A DNA stretch of 64,000 nucleotides from an uncultured Nitrospiraceae bacterium. GTDB taxonomy: Bacteria; Nitrospirota; Thermodesulfovibrionia; Thermodesulfovibrionales; Dissulfurispiraceae. A program made the position numbers and the translations under genes. The notes beneath the pieces were generated by a model, which was given only the letters and a program-made list of their open reading frames with translations, made no database searches and was not told the DNA's origin. The stretch spans positions 256,001 through 320,000 of the forward strand of contig CAVSHF010000003.1 in NCBI GenBank assembly GCA_963727805.1, in the 5' to 3' direction. Below, piece by piece: positions 48,468 through 59,057 of this stretch. Each line of letters starts with the position of its first letter. Positions within the stretch are counted from its first letter, which is position 1.

Positions 48468-48861
48468 TGTGTCACAGACCATGTTGCATGACACCCCGTC
48501 TAGCTTATAAAGAGTTGGCTAAACTTGACCAAGAGGTCCTGTTGGCTTGAAAACGTTCCCCGTTCGGAAGATTCGGCCTAATCCGTATCTGGGCTGTATT
48601 AACGGCCGGGTTTGCATTCTTTCTTGCCTTACTTACACTCTTTGTGTCCCTGTTTCTCCTAGCGCTTCCCTTGCGTATTTGCTGCCCGTAATGGATGTGT
48701 TTTCCCGTCTTGAAGCGATCCAGAAATTCTTTGGAACCCAAGATACAGAGGCAGGGATGTCGAGATGCCCACGATTTCACGGCTTATGGTTGGTCTATAA
48801 TCCGGGGTGAGGGGACAATTAGGGCCAACGGACAAATTTTCAGACAGTGTCCTAACAGCAC

Positions 48862-49158
48862 TCACCGTAAGAATACGTTACCAGACACATTGACGCATAC
48901 ATCATCTACATAGTCAAAATCATGAAAGCACCCTATGCAATCGCCCCTGCAGTCTTTTAGGATGGCGTTGCAGGTCGCCGATGCAGATCGCCATTCAAAT
49001 ACAGTAGCAGTCCCTATGAGTGAATTGCCTTTATAACAAGATACCGGCATATTCTCATCGGCACACGTCCAGCTCGTTACACAGAAAAGCACTATGACAC
49101 ATAAAAAGAAGGTTCCAATCAGTGATAAAAGTCTTTTTTGTAACATGTTACTCTTCAC
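48862..49158 (-). CDS. Small exported Cys-rich protein
   Basis: AGGAGG RBS, signal peptide, several Cys in the mature part. Confidence 0.7.
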   Translation of the reverse strand: MKSNMLQKRLLSLIGTFFLCVIVLFCVTSWTCADENMPVSCYKGNSLIGTATVFEWRSASATCNAILKDCRGDCIGCFHDFDYVDDVCVNVSGNVFLR

Positions 49159-49195
49159 TATCGCCTCCTTTTGATAGAACTCTGGGGTACCACAT

Positions 49196-49594
49196 TCATT
49201 TCCCCTTCTGTTTGGTCTTGTCCAAATTCAGTTTCTCCGCGCATCCGGGAGAGAGTGCAGGGTTGTGTTCTTCAAGACACCTGGCAATGCGCCCCTCACC
49301 TGGCTCGACGCCCCTACAAAACTTCTCGATATCGTTTGTGCACGCCCGTTTCGCTTCATCTAGTCTCCTTTGGCGTTCCTGGAGTTTGTCATTGCAGAGA
49401 GATGACAATTGTCCCTCGTGCTTCTTCAAACAAGTTGTGATCCTTCCGCCGCCTGGCTTCAGATCTTTACAGAAGTTTGCAATATCCTCTGTGCAGGGAC
49501 GCGTCTCTTGAGCAAAAACAGGCAATGTCCTCCAGGCGCTCCAAATAAATATGATTAGAACTAAAGTGACCAGTGTGACGATTGTTCTTGGCAT
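49196..49594 (-). CDS. Cysteine-rich repeat (GLG1-like) exported protein
   Basis: Two C..DI..FC...PG.GRI..CL..H...LS..C units; AAGGAG RBS. Confidence 0.85.
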   Translation of the reverse strand: MPRTIVTLVTLVLIIFIWSAWRTLPVFAQETRPCTEDIANFCKDLKPGGGRITTCLKKHEGQLSSLCNDKLQERQRRLDEAKRACTNDIEKFCRGVEPGEGRIARCLEEHNPALSPGCAEKLNLDKTKQKGK

Positions 49595-49747
49595 GGCATC
49601 ACTCTCCTTCATTTTCCTCACCATAACGCAGCTATATTTGTCCCATGTTGGCAAGGCAATTAACTTTATCAAAATATATCAGACATTTGGCCACTAGTCA
49701 ATCTCATGTATAGTAAGAATATTCATAGTCAAATATCTCATTGACCA

Positions 49748-51268
49748 CTATGACCCTTTTAGCTGTGCCAGATTCCCTGCGAAATAAGGGTTGTCCGACA
49801 GTAAGCTGACTGCGTCACTATGCCGCAGGTGATACTTTCGCTCCAAGCTTGATAAAGAGTCGATAAAACTCTTTGTCAGGACACGAAGGATATTTGCATG
49901 AGACATGTAGAGTGGAAGGGCAGTAACAAGAGAACTTCTCTTGCTGAGGTTCCGCGGGGCGTTCACATCCGCATGCATGTTACTGTGACAAAACTGACAC
50001 TCAAAAACAGATTGAGACTTACGGTTATTCTTGTCCACATACCCGCATACTGAGCATTGCTGAGAAGTGTATGCGGGATTCTCATATCTGGTGACAATCC
50101 CGAATTCTTCTTCCAGCGACTTCAATTTGGCAACAATACAGGACTTGCCAAAGCGGGATAGCAGCCGATTCATTCTCTTTGAGAGATTGGGGTTACGAAA
50201 GTCCAACTTCTCGACGACTATCTCTGCGGGAAGATATATCTCTTTGATACGGTTGAACAACCTGTTGATCTCGTTCTTCAGATAATCCCTCAATTCAGAG
50301 ACTCTGTGGTCGTACCTCGGGCTCCGCACCGGCAACCCCTGCCGCTGCCTGTTTGCGGCAAGCGGGGTGATGCGATTGTCGTAATACAGGAGCCGACACA
50401 TAAAGTCCCTGCCAAACAGGTCCCCCTTATCAGTTGCCATTGCCGTGACAAGACCGATGTCCACGCATATCTTGTCAATCGCTGGGACATAGTCATTCTT
50501 GTGATCGGGTACGTCTTTGATGAAGCTTATGGATATCTCGTTTTTGTCATTGAGGTTCACCTGACAGAACTTCTTCTGCCTGCCGGCAATGCCATCGAAA
50601 TACGCATTGGACTCCACAGGCATATAGACGGGCTTGCCCTTCTCCAAAGTGGAAAGCCGCACCCAGTAGTCAAAAGCACTTGCGTTGCCGGGTGCCCTTT
50701 CTGAAATCACCGCCACCTTGTTATCGAGATTCATATTGATGTGTTGAAACGAAGGTTTGCGGTGCTTGGACAGGATGTGGTTGAATATTTTACGGGAGAG
50801 CTTCAGGTCCTCTGATAGCAGAGTAAGCCCTTGTTTGGCTGTATACACGTATTCTTTGTTGTTGGACTGTTTACCTTTGCCCCTTCTGGAGATCAATACC
50901 ATCGAGAAAGGGTACTTGTTGTACCACAACCCGTACTTGTTAATGGGGAACATCCGGTGTTTACTGTCATCCCTAAGGGTGCTTCGATGAATATGAAAAA
51001 CAAAATCGTTCTGCCTATTGGTAATGAAGGAATCCAGTGCCCCAACCACCTGATACTGACAGGTCTGCTTGAAGCGCTCAGATAGTAGTGTTTCAATACG
51101 CTTGATGTCACATTGCTTATTGAAGGGTTGAGCAGACTCATAGAAGCAACGCCACTGATCCCACGCAATAAGACTGGCAGTGTCCCGATAAGCCCGTATC
51201 GTCTGGATGACCTTCACCTGCTTGCCTTTGTTGGCAAGATGTTTTAGCTTATATGTCTTGTCCATCAA
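49748..51268 (-). CDS. tnpB: TnpB-like RNA-guided endonuclease (506 aa)
   Basis: RuvC VDIGL, VVEKLDF, HADVNA; NPAYTSQQCSVC...CQFC zinc ribbon. Confidence 0.9.
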   Translation of the reverse strand: MMDKTYKLKHLANKGKQVKVIQTIRAYRDTASLIAWDQWRCFYESAQPFNKQCDIKRIETLLSERFKQTCQYQVVGALDSFITNRQNDFVFHIHRSTLRDDSKHRMFPINKYGLWYNKYPFSMVLISRRGKGKQSNNKEYVYTAKQGLTLLSEDLKLSRKIFNHILSKHRKPSFQHINMNLDNKVAVISERAPGNASAFDYWVRLSTLEKGKPVYMPVESNAYFDGIAGRQKKFCQVNLNDKNEISISFIKDVPDHKNDYVPAIDKICVDIGLVTAMATDKGDLFGRDFMCRLLYYDNRITPLAANRQRQGLPVRSPRYDHRVSELRDYLKNEINRLFNRIKEIYLPAEIVVEKLDFRNPNLSKRMNRLLSRFGKSCIVAKLKSLEEEFGIVTRYENPAYTSQQCSVCGYVDKNNRKSQSVFECQFCHSNMHADVNAPRNLSKRSSLVTALPLYMSHANILRVLTKSFIDSLSSLERKYHLRHSDAVSLLSDNPYFAGNLAQLKGS

Positions 51269-51845
51269 CGCTGTGCTGCTTGCCAGCTGTCAATTCCTGT
51301 ATGATCTTTTCCGTTTTTCTCTTGCAACGTCTCTGACCATAAAGTCTGGCACAGAAGGAGGTAATAATGCACACCAGATCCTGAAGCAGATCCTCCTTGC
51401 AATTGTCTGCTTCGTTGACTACCTGGATGTCGCGCCCATCGGCATTCAGCAGGGTCTTGTACCCGGTGAACCCGAACCGCGTAAACCTGTCTTTGTGCTC
51501 CACAACGATAATCCTTACCGTCCGATCCTGTAGCAAAGACAGCCATTGCTTACGGGTGTCGTTGATACCGGACCCTACTTCGGTTATAACCCTGCTCACT
51601 TTGTATCCCTTTGCAGCACAGTAATCCAAAAGACGGCGCTTCTGTGATTCCAGGTCGCTCTTGTTTTCAGAACAAGAGACCCGACAGTAAACGCCAACTG
51701 CCTGTTCCGAACCCTGGGACTCTTCTTCGCGGACAATAACCGTCCCCGTGGGCAGCTTGTAGGCATTGAGCTTACCGTCTTTGAATAGCCGCCATGCCGT
51801 CTGATAGCTGATGCCTAATTGCTTTGCGTATGTCGATAATTTCAT
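51249..51845 (-). CDS. tnpA: IS607 serine transposase/resolvase TnpA
   Basis: N-terminal HTH MKLSTYAKQLGISYQTAWR; YCRVS; EVGSG; EHKDRFTRFG; SFCARLYG. Confidence 0.95.
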   Translation of the reverse strand: MKLSTYAKQLGISYQTAWRLFKDGKLNAYKLPTGTVIVREEESQGSEQAVGVYCRVSCSENKSDLESQKRRLLDYCAAKGYKVSRVITEVGSGINDTRKQWLSLLQDRTVRIIVVEHKDRFTRFGFTGYKTLLNADGRDIQVVNEADNCKEDLLQDLVCIITSFCARLYGQRRCKRKTEKIIQELTAGKQHSVDGQDI

Positions 51846-52064
51846 GATTTATTATACTATATATGATGACAATTGTCTATAGTCAGTGCAGAAACTCAAC
51901 AAGGAAATGCTGTACGGGATATATGCCATTCACCGGACCACATCTATTCTTTGACGTGCGCTGGCATGACGCCAGGATCAACCCCCAGTTCCTGCTTGAG
52001 GATCCAGCTAAGATCCGAGCAGTGAGCCCATAACCTGCATAACAGTTCCCTAGCGAGCCAAGCC

Positions 52065-52673
52065 CTACTTAATCAGCTTGTCAGATGCTATTTTGCCCGT
52101 CATCGTGCTCACAAATTATTTAATAAGTGCCTGATTGTTCCCCGATAGGAGTGTTTACGGACGAGCAGCCCAGATCAGCTTTTCATTCTTTGTCTCATAG
52201 ATATTAGTCTCAGCAAATGCATACTCTTCTCTGACCATATACGCCGGCTGATGGAAATAGTCAAAGTAAGGCCCCCAACCGTAGTAATAGTTTGGGACGA
52301 CATACACTTCTCCTGGGACATAGCTCTAAACCGTTTTCTTATCGATCATTCTTGTCACGAGCACTGCATCTGCCCCCGTCCTTCTGATTTCTGTCATGAG
52401 AACAGCTTTCTTGTCTAAATCATCTATCGGCATCAACGTATAACTGGCTAAAGCATCGACCCCTCCCGACTTCATTTGTCACACGAACTCGTCCTCTAAG
52501 AAATTCCTGATAGAAGTCTGCCTAAATGCTCCTGCGACCACGATTTTCCGGATTGTTTTATGAAAGCTCTCATCTTTCCATACAGTAGTCAGCTTCGTCG
52601 TAGCGCATGAGGTAAAAAGAAAGATACTGATGGCGATGTTGCAATAAGTGAATATCCTGCTTTTATTATTCAT
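52065..52673 (-). pseudogene. Lipoprotein pseudogene (DUF4136-like)
   Basis: Lipobox LFTSC; one frame with four internal stops (52479, 52326, 52155, 52116); ADAVLVTR, YETKNEKLIW. Confidence 0.8.
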
Positions 52674-53074
52674 GACCTGCCTTCTCAGTGATGAGAGTTC
52701 GTTATTGCCCAAATCTGTTTCGCAGGACAAAACTTTCCCACAATATAGCCTAACTAATTTCTTTTTAGCATGAAAGTATCCGCAATGCCAGACGAATGCA
52801 TAGCATCGTGGGGTTATTGTCCATCTTACATTTGTTTCCATTATGGTCATTTAGTTCGGATTATATAAGTAAAAACATATACATCTTTAGCGGAATTTAG
52901 TATGTTGACCGCAGGGGGAAAGTGATATTTTATCGTTGCAATTCTGAAGTCTCAAATTGGGCTCCTCGCAATCAAATGTATTGATACTCGGGACACACAG
53001 CATTTTGGCCCTGCTATCTTTTCTCGCAGTTTCTGCTTACACTTTATAGAAATAAGCTCAGACAGGAGAGAAAT

Positions 53075-53542
53075 ATGAAGGTTTACATATCCTACGGCGC
53101 GATGGGCCTATCTATTTTGCTGCTCATGCTTGGTTTTGCGTGGGGAGAAAAGACTCTATTCACGAAACATTTCCAGAATACGCTCTTCGACGTCACCGAA
53201 CATGCTCTGTATAGCGTGGAAATCCTTCTTGACGACCAAGAGTATAAGATCGGGAAGAACGTTATCGGTATGGTGATCCATAATGCCCATGATGCGGATG
53301 TTACGGGCGCAGAGATCACGTTTGTCCTGAAGGATCTCGTCGCTGGTAAGAATTTTCCTGTGTCATCGAAGATAACGGATAAGGGAAACGGGCTTTACAT
53401 TGTCTCAGGGCTTGATCTCCAGAAAGAAGGCAAGTGGGAACTCACGATAACGGTAAAAAAAGACCGCATCGAAGATTTCGTGAAGTTCGTTCTTCCCGAT
53501 GCCCTTAAGGCGCGTGTGCCGAGGGGTAAGTATTCTCCATAG
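53075..53542 (+). CDS. YtkA/FixH-like exported protein
   Basis: Signal peptide; DKGNGLY...EGKWELTITV; AGGAG RBS. Confidence 0.75.
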   Translation: MKVYISYGAMGLSILLLMLGFAWGEKTLFTKHFQNTLFDVTEHALYSVEILLDDQEYKIGKNVIGMVIHNAHDADVTGAEITFVLKDLVAGKNFPVSSKITDKGNGLYIVSGLDLQKEGKWELTITVKKDRIEDFVKFVLPDALKARVPRGKYSP

Positions 53543-53823
53543 GGTTAATGGAATCGGCCACTTGCCGTGTCTCTTCTTGCGATTTGTGCCGGGATGTGGG
53601 AGTAAGAGAGTTCTTTTGCACCAGTCTATAATCTTGGCTTTTTGTCGAAGTTAATAGTCCTGGTGAGTAGGTAACAGTGACAAGTGTCATCGGGAATACG
53701 TACTGAAAATTTAGTACTCCTATGATGCGATGCGTTGTGGCATGCTCTCGTTGACTATCCCCATTTGGTTAATAGTTGTTGTATGTAATGCCTTCCCCAT
53801 AGCTGATGTTGGAGGTTTTGACC

Positions 53824-54879
53824 ATGTATACAAATACGGACATCAGACCTTTTGAGAATTGTCTTCCATTGGATGGGTATCATTGTCAGACGAATTCTTT
53901 GGCTAAGATATTTCATCATTACCATCATCCCTTGTCAGAGGATATGATTCTTGGCATCGGAGCAGGAATGGGATTTATTTATTGGAAAATGAAAATGAGA
54001 TCAAGCGTCTATGTCTTTATTGGGGGACGTGGAAATATTAAGGATTTCTTTAATGATTTAGGCAAGAGGACAGGCGTAAAAATGCGTGTAGTTACCACAA
54101 CTAGCTCAAAAAGTGCTGAAGCTTCTCTTTTGGAACGACTCGAAAGAAGAGAACCTGTGATGCTATTCGGTGACATGGGTTTTTTGCCGTGGTTTGATCT
54201 TCCTCAAGAGTACCATTTTGGCGGGCATACGTTTGTTATCTGTGGTTATGATGGGAACAATGGTGTGTTGGCGTCTGATTTAGAGCAAAAAGCTGCTAAT
54301 CTTAAGAAAGGTTTTTATTGCCCAATTACTTTGGAACAATTAAGCAAAGCAAGGAGTTCAACTTACAAGCCTTTTCCGCCAAGAAACGCATATCTTGAGT
54401 TCGATTTCAGCACATATCATCAGCCAGAAGTAAAAGAGATATATGCAGCCATCAAACAAACCAGTGAAACAATGCTGAATCCGCCAATAAAGAATATTGG
54501 TGTCAAAGGCATGCGGCACACCGCGAAGGAACTATTGAAGTGGCCTGAGATGTTCGAAGAAAATGACTTACGGATGAACCTATTCAGCATTTACATTTTT
54601 GTTGAAATTGGAGGCACCGGAGGGGGTTGCTTTCGTTATATGTATTCCAGGTTTTTAGAAGAATTTGCAAAGATCACGAAGAACGATGAGTTACTCATAT
54701 CAGCAGAGAGATTTCGAAAAGCGGGTGAAATATTTTCTGAGATAGGGCTTTTATTTAAAGAAGCAAAGAAGGCAGATGATCTGGACAAAAGAATAGGAAA
54801 GGCAAGCGACATGTTTCATGCCGTTGCAGACGTAGAAGAGAATGCCTATACAGTGTTGGCGAAAAGCGTCCAGTCGTAA
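53824..54879 (+). CDS. BtrH-like (papain-fold N-terminal domain plus DUF4872) protein
   Basis: GYHCQT, LSEDMILGIGAG, HFGGH...GYD, GGTGGGCFRYMYSRFL. Confidence 0.85.
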   Translation: MYTNTDIRPFENCLPLDGYHCQTNSLAKIFHHYHHPLSEDMILGIGAGMGFIYWKMKMRSSVYVFIGGRGNIKDFFNDLGKRTGVKMRVVTTTSSKSAEASLLERLERREPVMLFGDMGFLPWFDLPQEYHFGGHTFVICGYDGNNGVLASDLEQKAANLKKGFYCPITLEQLSKARSSTYKPFPPRNAYLEFDFSTYHQPEVKEIYAAIKQTSETMLNPPIKNIGVKGMRHTAKELLKWPEMFEENDLRMNLFSIYIFVEIGGTGGGCFRYMYSRFLEEFAKITKNDELLISAERFRKAGEIFSEIGLLFKEAKKADDLDKRIGKASDMFHAVADVEENAYTVLAKSVQS

Positions 54880-55541
54880 TGCGGCAGAAGACTGCATATA
54901 ACGAGATCGCTTTTCGTTTATCAAGATTTTGAAAGAAATGTGTCACTTTCAAGAGAAGGCTATCTCGGGAAAAGTTTCTCTGGATACTTCAAGCTAAAGG
55001 AAGTATATGCAGATAGATGACTGTAATCAAAGCCGCTGTAATCTAGCATGCGTGAGTGATACAGTCGGGATTTAAGTGTTAAGGTTATTGGAAACTGCAT
55101 GGTTTACGTTTAGAAATGTGATTTCTATAAGGCATGTGTGCGGTAGGGAAGAGCATTTCACTCGGGTATGGTGGGGGTAACTGTTACCTCACCTAATATG
55201 CATTCTTCAAGAATGCATATTGGATATGTCTTTCTTCATCTACTTTTTGACACTCATACCCTTTGTTGATAGTATGTCAATACGGTGATGTTGTCAAGAT
55301 TATATAATACGTATTTGCCTGAACAAATCGTTTCGTTTCACCCAACGCCTGGAAACAGATTGTCATATATGTTGGCTCAAGGTTGTATCTATCAGCACTC
55401 AGGTATAAGGCAAACCACAAAAAATAAGTTTCTAATAGTCGGTATCCATAAACAGTTTCACAGCGAAGGAAATTCCATGCCCCGGATAAGAACAGGAACC
55501 TGTAAACTCCTGATGCGCAGAGTCGCGGGCGCCGGACATGT

Positions 55542-56802
55542 ATGGCCATGATGCCGCCCCATAAATCGGACGCGCCGCCACCAAAAGATAGTCCCGTCCG
55601 AGCGGGAGTCGTGCGCTTTGAGCTCTCACCCTCGACCATTATCACCATGGTTCTCGTTGTCGCCGGATTGTGGGTAATGATCCGACTCCTGCCGGTTGTT
55701 CTCGTACTCGTTACGGCTCTCAGCATCGTCGGCGCGCTGAGCCCGGTGGTCCAGTGGCTCGAAACGCGGCGTCTGCGAAGGGGATTAAGCATCGCGATCG
55801 TTTTCTTGACGCTCCTGGTAATCACCCTTCTTGTTGTCACCCTGACGATCCCGGCGCTCCTGGCCGAAGTGACGAGCCTTATCGATCAAGAGCCTGTGCT
55901 GCGCGCGTCTCGTGGCCCGTCTCGCCAATTCTCCTCTGACAGCCCCCCTCGCAGAGTCTCTGCGCACTATTCAATACGGTGTGCTGATGAAATCTTCCGC
56001 TGAGCTGGCATTCACTTTTTCGACACGCGCTATTGAGGTCTTTGCGTACAGCTTGGGCTCCATCTTTCTGGCGCTTTATATGATGATCGACAGGGATCGC
56101 CTACGCGGAGGTCTTTTCGCAATCGTGCCACGCTCTCACCATATCCGTCTCTCTCGCGTCATGATGAATCTGGAGACGATCGTAGGCGGCTATATCCGTG
56201 GACAGGTCATAACCTGCGTGCTCATGGCTGTCTTCACTTTCATCCTGCTGACGGTATGTGGTGTCTCGAATGCCTTGGCGATCGCAGTGTTCGGCGGTAT
56301 CGCGGACGTGCTACCGTATATCGGCATTTTCCTCACGATGGGCCCTGCAGTAGTGGCAGCGCTGGCCCAAGGCCCGACCGTCACCGTGCTCGTGCTAGTG
56401 CTGCTGCTGGCTTATGAGGAGTTCGAAAGCCGGGTGCTCGTGCCCGTAGTCTACGGTCGCGCACTGCGCCTCCCGTCCTCCGTCGTGCTTTTTTCGCTCA
56501 TCGCCGGTGCAACGCTGCTGGGAATCATGGGAGCGCTCCTCGCACTCCCAGTCGCTGCGGCAATACTAATGCTGATCGAGGAACTGCGCGTAGAGCTACC
56601 AGGCGAGATAGAACTCAGTGAGGATGCGGAGTTGCGAAAGAGGGACGATCGAGGCGAACAGGAGTACGAGCGTCGCACGGAAGGCATGCCGGCCGAGCAG
56701 GCTGCCGCCGTTGCTGTAGAAATGTCACATGATCGAAGAAAGGAAGAAGTCGCCCCCCATGGGTCTCCGGAGGCGTCCTCTCATGACGAGAAGCGCGTTT
56801 GA
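55542..56802 (+). pseudogene. AI-2E family transporter, frameshifted near 55905
   Basis: Two overlapping ORFs together form one AI-2E permease (GGYIRGQ, LPYIG, GALLALPVAA). Confidence 0.85.
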
Positions 56803-56977
56803 GACGCCTATGGCAAATTAGGATGGATTGCAGGAATTTTCCTCACCATTTACTCAGCTTTTCTGACCATGCTCGTTTTAGCTGTTCTTTCGCAGGAAGT
56901 TTTTATAATTAAAAAGAAAAGGTAGAGTAATATCTCTTGCTCTGGCCTTCTTAAACCTTACAAAACAATGAGTCAAA

Positions 56978-57024
56978 TGGTAGGCATGAGGGGTATCGCA
57001 TCCCTGACCTCTACCGCGTCAAGG
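56978..57024 (-). repeat. Duplicated 3' part of tRNA-Val (att-like site)
   Basis: 47 bp matching 59058-59104 with 4 mismatches. Confidence 0.92.
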
Positions 57025-57216
57025 CATTTTCCCATTTCTCTGTATGTACCAGTCTTTACTAATCCCCTGAAATTCATAACCATTTATCTTCAGACAGGCA
57101 TCAGGTTTTACCTGTGTCATTAGCACAAAATCAGCATACTCCCCTTTCTTTATCTGGAGGGGTAAATAGTCCAGGACTAGATAGAAGTGTAACCACAAGA
57201 GCATTGAAATGTGGAC

Positions 57217-58188
57217 CTAACTTATGCGCAGGGAACGCTTGACTCCCGTATCTGTAAATAGCAGTACGAATTGCTCGAAAATATCTCTGTGGAAATGATT
57301 CAGCATTTCTTCCTTCATTACTTTCAGGGCCTCAAAAGGAGTCAGTTTCGGCTTGTATGAACGCTCACCGGTCAGCGCATCGTACACATCGGCAATACAG
57401 CAAATGCGTCCGTAGATATGGATTCGCTCGCCCTTGAGGCCCATCGGATATCCAGTGCCATCGTCCCGTTCGTGGTGCTGCATGGTAATAATGGCGCATT
57501 CCTTCGATAACTGATCGGCCTCCTGAAGTATCTTGAACCCATGGTATGGGTGCCTCTTCATAATATCCATCTCTTGTCTAGTCAGTCTGCCCTGTTTGCG
57601 GATTATCGCAGGGTCGACTCGCACTTTGCCCAAGTCATGAAGGAAAAAGCTGGCCGCAAGTTCATGCATATCATGAGCATCCGATCTTTTGAACAGACGC
57701 TTTGAGAGCAATATTGCGAGAAATCCCACCTTGACCGAATGTGTATAGGTATAAATATCATGGGAGGTTATCCTGAGAAGATATTGGGATGTCTCTTCCT
57801 GCGAGAGTACCAGGTCGACTATCTCTGCCGTTCCTTGCTTGGCTTCCTGTATATTTTCGGCCCGTGGATCATCAAACAGTTTCTCCAAAAGTTCGACACT
57901 GGACTTGTATATAATGTGGGCTTTTTTCGCAGGCGGAAGGTTTCTGTCATGAATAGCCTGAAGAATCTCGGGAGGGACGAGTTTTCCAGGTTCCCATCTC
58001 TCAGGTGGAAACAAACTTTTGTATTTATGACCCACAGTTTTAGATTCGACTGTTGGAACGCTCTTTGAAAATTCTATCTTGACCTCATCGAATCCGCTGT
58101 CGATTATTTTTTGCATTTCATCTCGCGATTTAATAACAGAACGGTTTTTTAAAATGCATGGTTTAACCAAAAGGCAGGGAGATGACAT
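57217..58188 (-). CDS. HD-GYP cyclic-dinucleotide phosphodiesterase
   Basis: YTYTHS, LHDLGK, HHERDDGTGYP, IADVYDALT..RSYK. Confidence 0.93.
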   Translation of the reverse strand: MSSPCLLVKPCILKNRSVIKSRDEMQKIIDSGFDEVKIEFSKSVPTVESKTVGHKYKSLFPPERWEPGKLVPPEILQAIHDRNLPPAKKAHIIYKSSVELLEKLFDDPRAENIQEAKQGTAEIVDLVLSQEETSQYLLRITSHDIYTYTHSVKVGFLAILLSKRLFKRSDAHDMHELAASFFLHDLGKVRVDPAIIRKQGRLTRQEMDIMKRHPYHGFKILQEADQLSKECAIITMQHHERDDGTGYPMGLKGERIHIYGRICCIADVYDALTGERSYKPKLTPFEALKVMKEEMLNHFHRDIFEQFVLLFTDTGVKRSLRIS

Positions 58189-58305
58189 GCATGCCTACCT
58201 TAATCCCCCCCGTGTCTCATATGCTGACGATAAAGATTACAAATAGCAATATACAAGGTCAAAATAAAATTATGAGGCTATGATTGAACACCCAGTTCCG
58301 AAATC

Positions 58306-58518
58306 CTAGTCAAGAATTGTGTTGAAAGTAACTGTAAACACTTCCCTGTATTGGTCAGCCAGGTGCTTGATGTGTTCCAGGTGTAACGAGAGTCTTGTTG
58401 AACCCTGAAGCTTCTTATCTATGTCTGCTGCCGAATCGATTGCCTCAAGCAGTGCCCTTAAAATACTCTTATGATCGAGAGTTAAATGTGTATGTGTAGG
58501 CATAGTGTGATCAGTCAT
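58306..58518 (-). CDS. Small helical hypothetical protein (module copy 2)
   Basis: Paralogous to 34768-34950. Confidence 0.75.
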   Translation of the reverse strand: MTDHTMPTHTHLTLDHKSILRALLEAIDSAADIDKKLQGSTRLSLHLEHIKHLADQYREVFTVTFNTILD

Positions 58519-58547
58519 GATTCAATCCTTCTTTGCGGGCGTTTGAT

Positions 58548-58778
58548 CTACTCTGTCAAGGAAGGTGTTGGAAAGATTTGCGGTGCCCGTCTTTCAGGTC
58601 CAGCATGCGGAGCCAAATGATGCCCCCGCTTTCTTATGGGATCTGCACCAACGGCGATCCACCTTTTCTCAGAATAGCGATAAAACGTTTTGATCTTGCA
58701 GATGTCGATAAGGCGCTGCAGAGAGATCTCGGAAATCATGTCATAAACATTATTGCTGTACTGGACTCTTATGATCAC
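58548..58778 (-). CDS. GSU3473-like small protein (module copy 2)
   Basis: Paralogous to 34963-35178; ends GPERR; GGGGAG RBS, GTG start. Confidence 0.78.
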   Translation of the reverse strand: MIIRVQYSNNVYDMISEISLQRLIDICKIKTFYRYSEKRWIAVGADPIRKRGHHLAPHAGPERRAPQIFPTPSLTE

Positions 58779-58870
58779 TTTGCCCTCTCCCCAGAGTAGA
58801 ATCTAATTGTCAGTATCATAACTGTATTTGTATCAGAAGGGAAGACTCAAAATGATGAGATTGCGAATTT

Positions 58871-58886
58871 GGTGACGTCCATCACA
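58871..58886 (-). promoter_or_regulatory. CRP/FNR-family-like site
   Basis: Minus strand TGTGA-tggacg-TCACC; TATGAT -10 at 58815-58820. Confidence 0.7.
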
Positions 58887-58994
58887 AAAAATGTCAGTCG
58901 AGGCTGGTCGCACTGTTGGCGTACACTTGGTGAGCTTTTTTGATAGACCTCGCAAACGCGCGTTCTACCGTAAGAAGTCAATGCAAAAGCAAAG

Positions 58995-59029
58995 AAAAAG
59001 CCGAGACATTTTTACTGTCGCGGCTTTTT
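58995..59029 (-). terminator. Intrinsic terminator downstream of tRNA-Val
   Basis: AAAAAGCCG...CGGCTTTTT hairpin. Confidence 0.65.
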
Positions 59030-59057
59030 GAGAATCTAACAATATCAACGAGATAAA

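Larger units (their letters stand above)
49680..51900 (-). mobile_element. IS607-family element (serine recombinase plus TnpB)
   Basis: tnpA-tnpB overlap; subterminal TGACTA-like direct repeats at both AT-rich ends; exact ends uncertain. Confidence 0.88.

Noticed and set aside
48505..48780. REP-associated tyrosine transposase relic (ILGSKEFLDRFK)
   Set aside because: Only one short motif; no HUH domain visible
51890..52070. Group I intron (IStron) at the IS607 left end
   Set aside because: Under 200 bp available and no recognisable intron core
52479..52481. Selenocysteine/pyrrolysine readthrough
   Set aside because: Same frame also has two TAA stops
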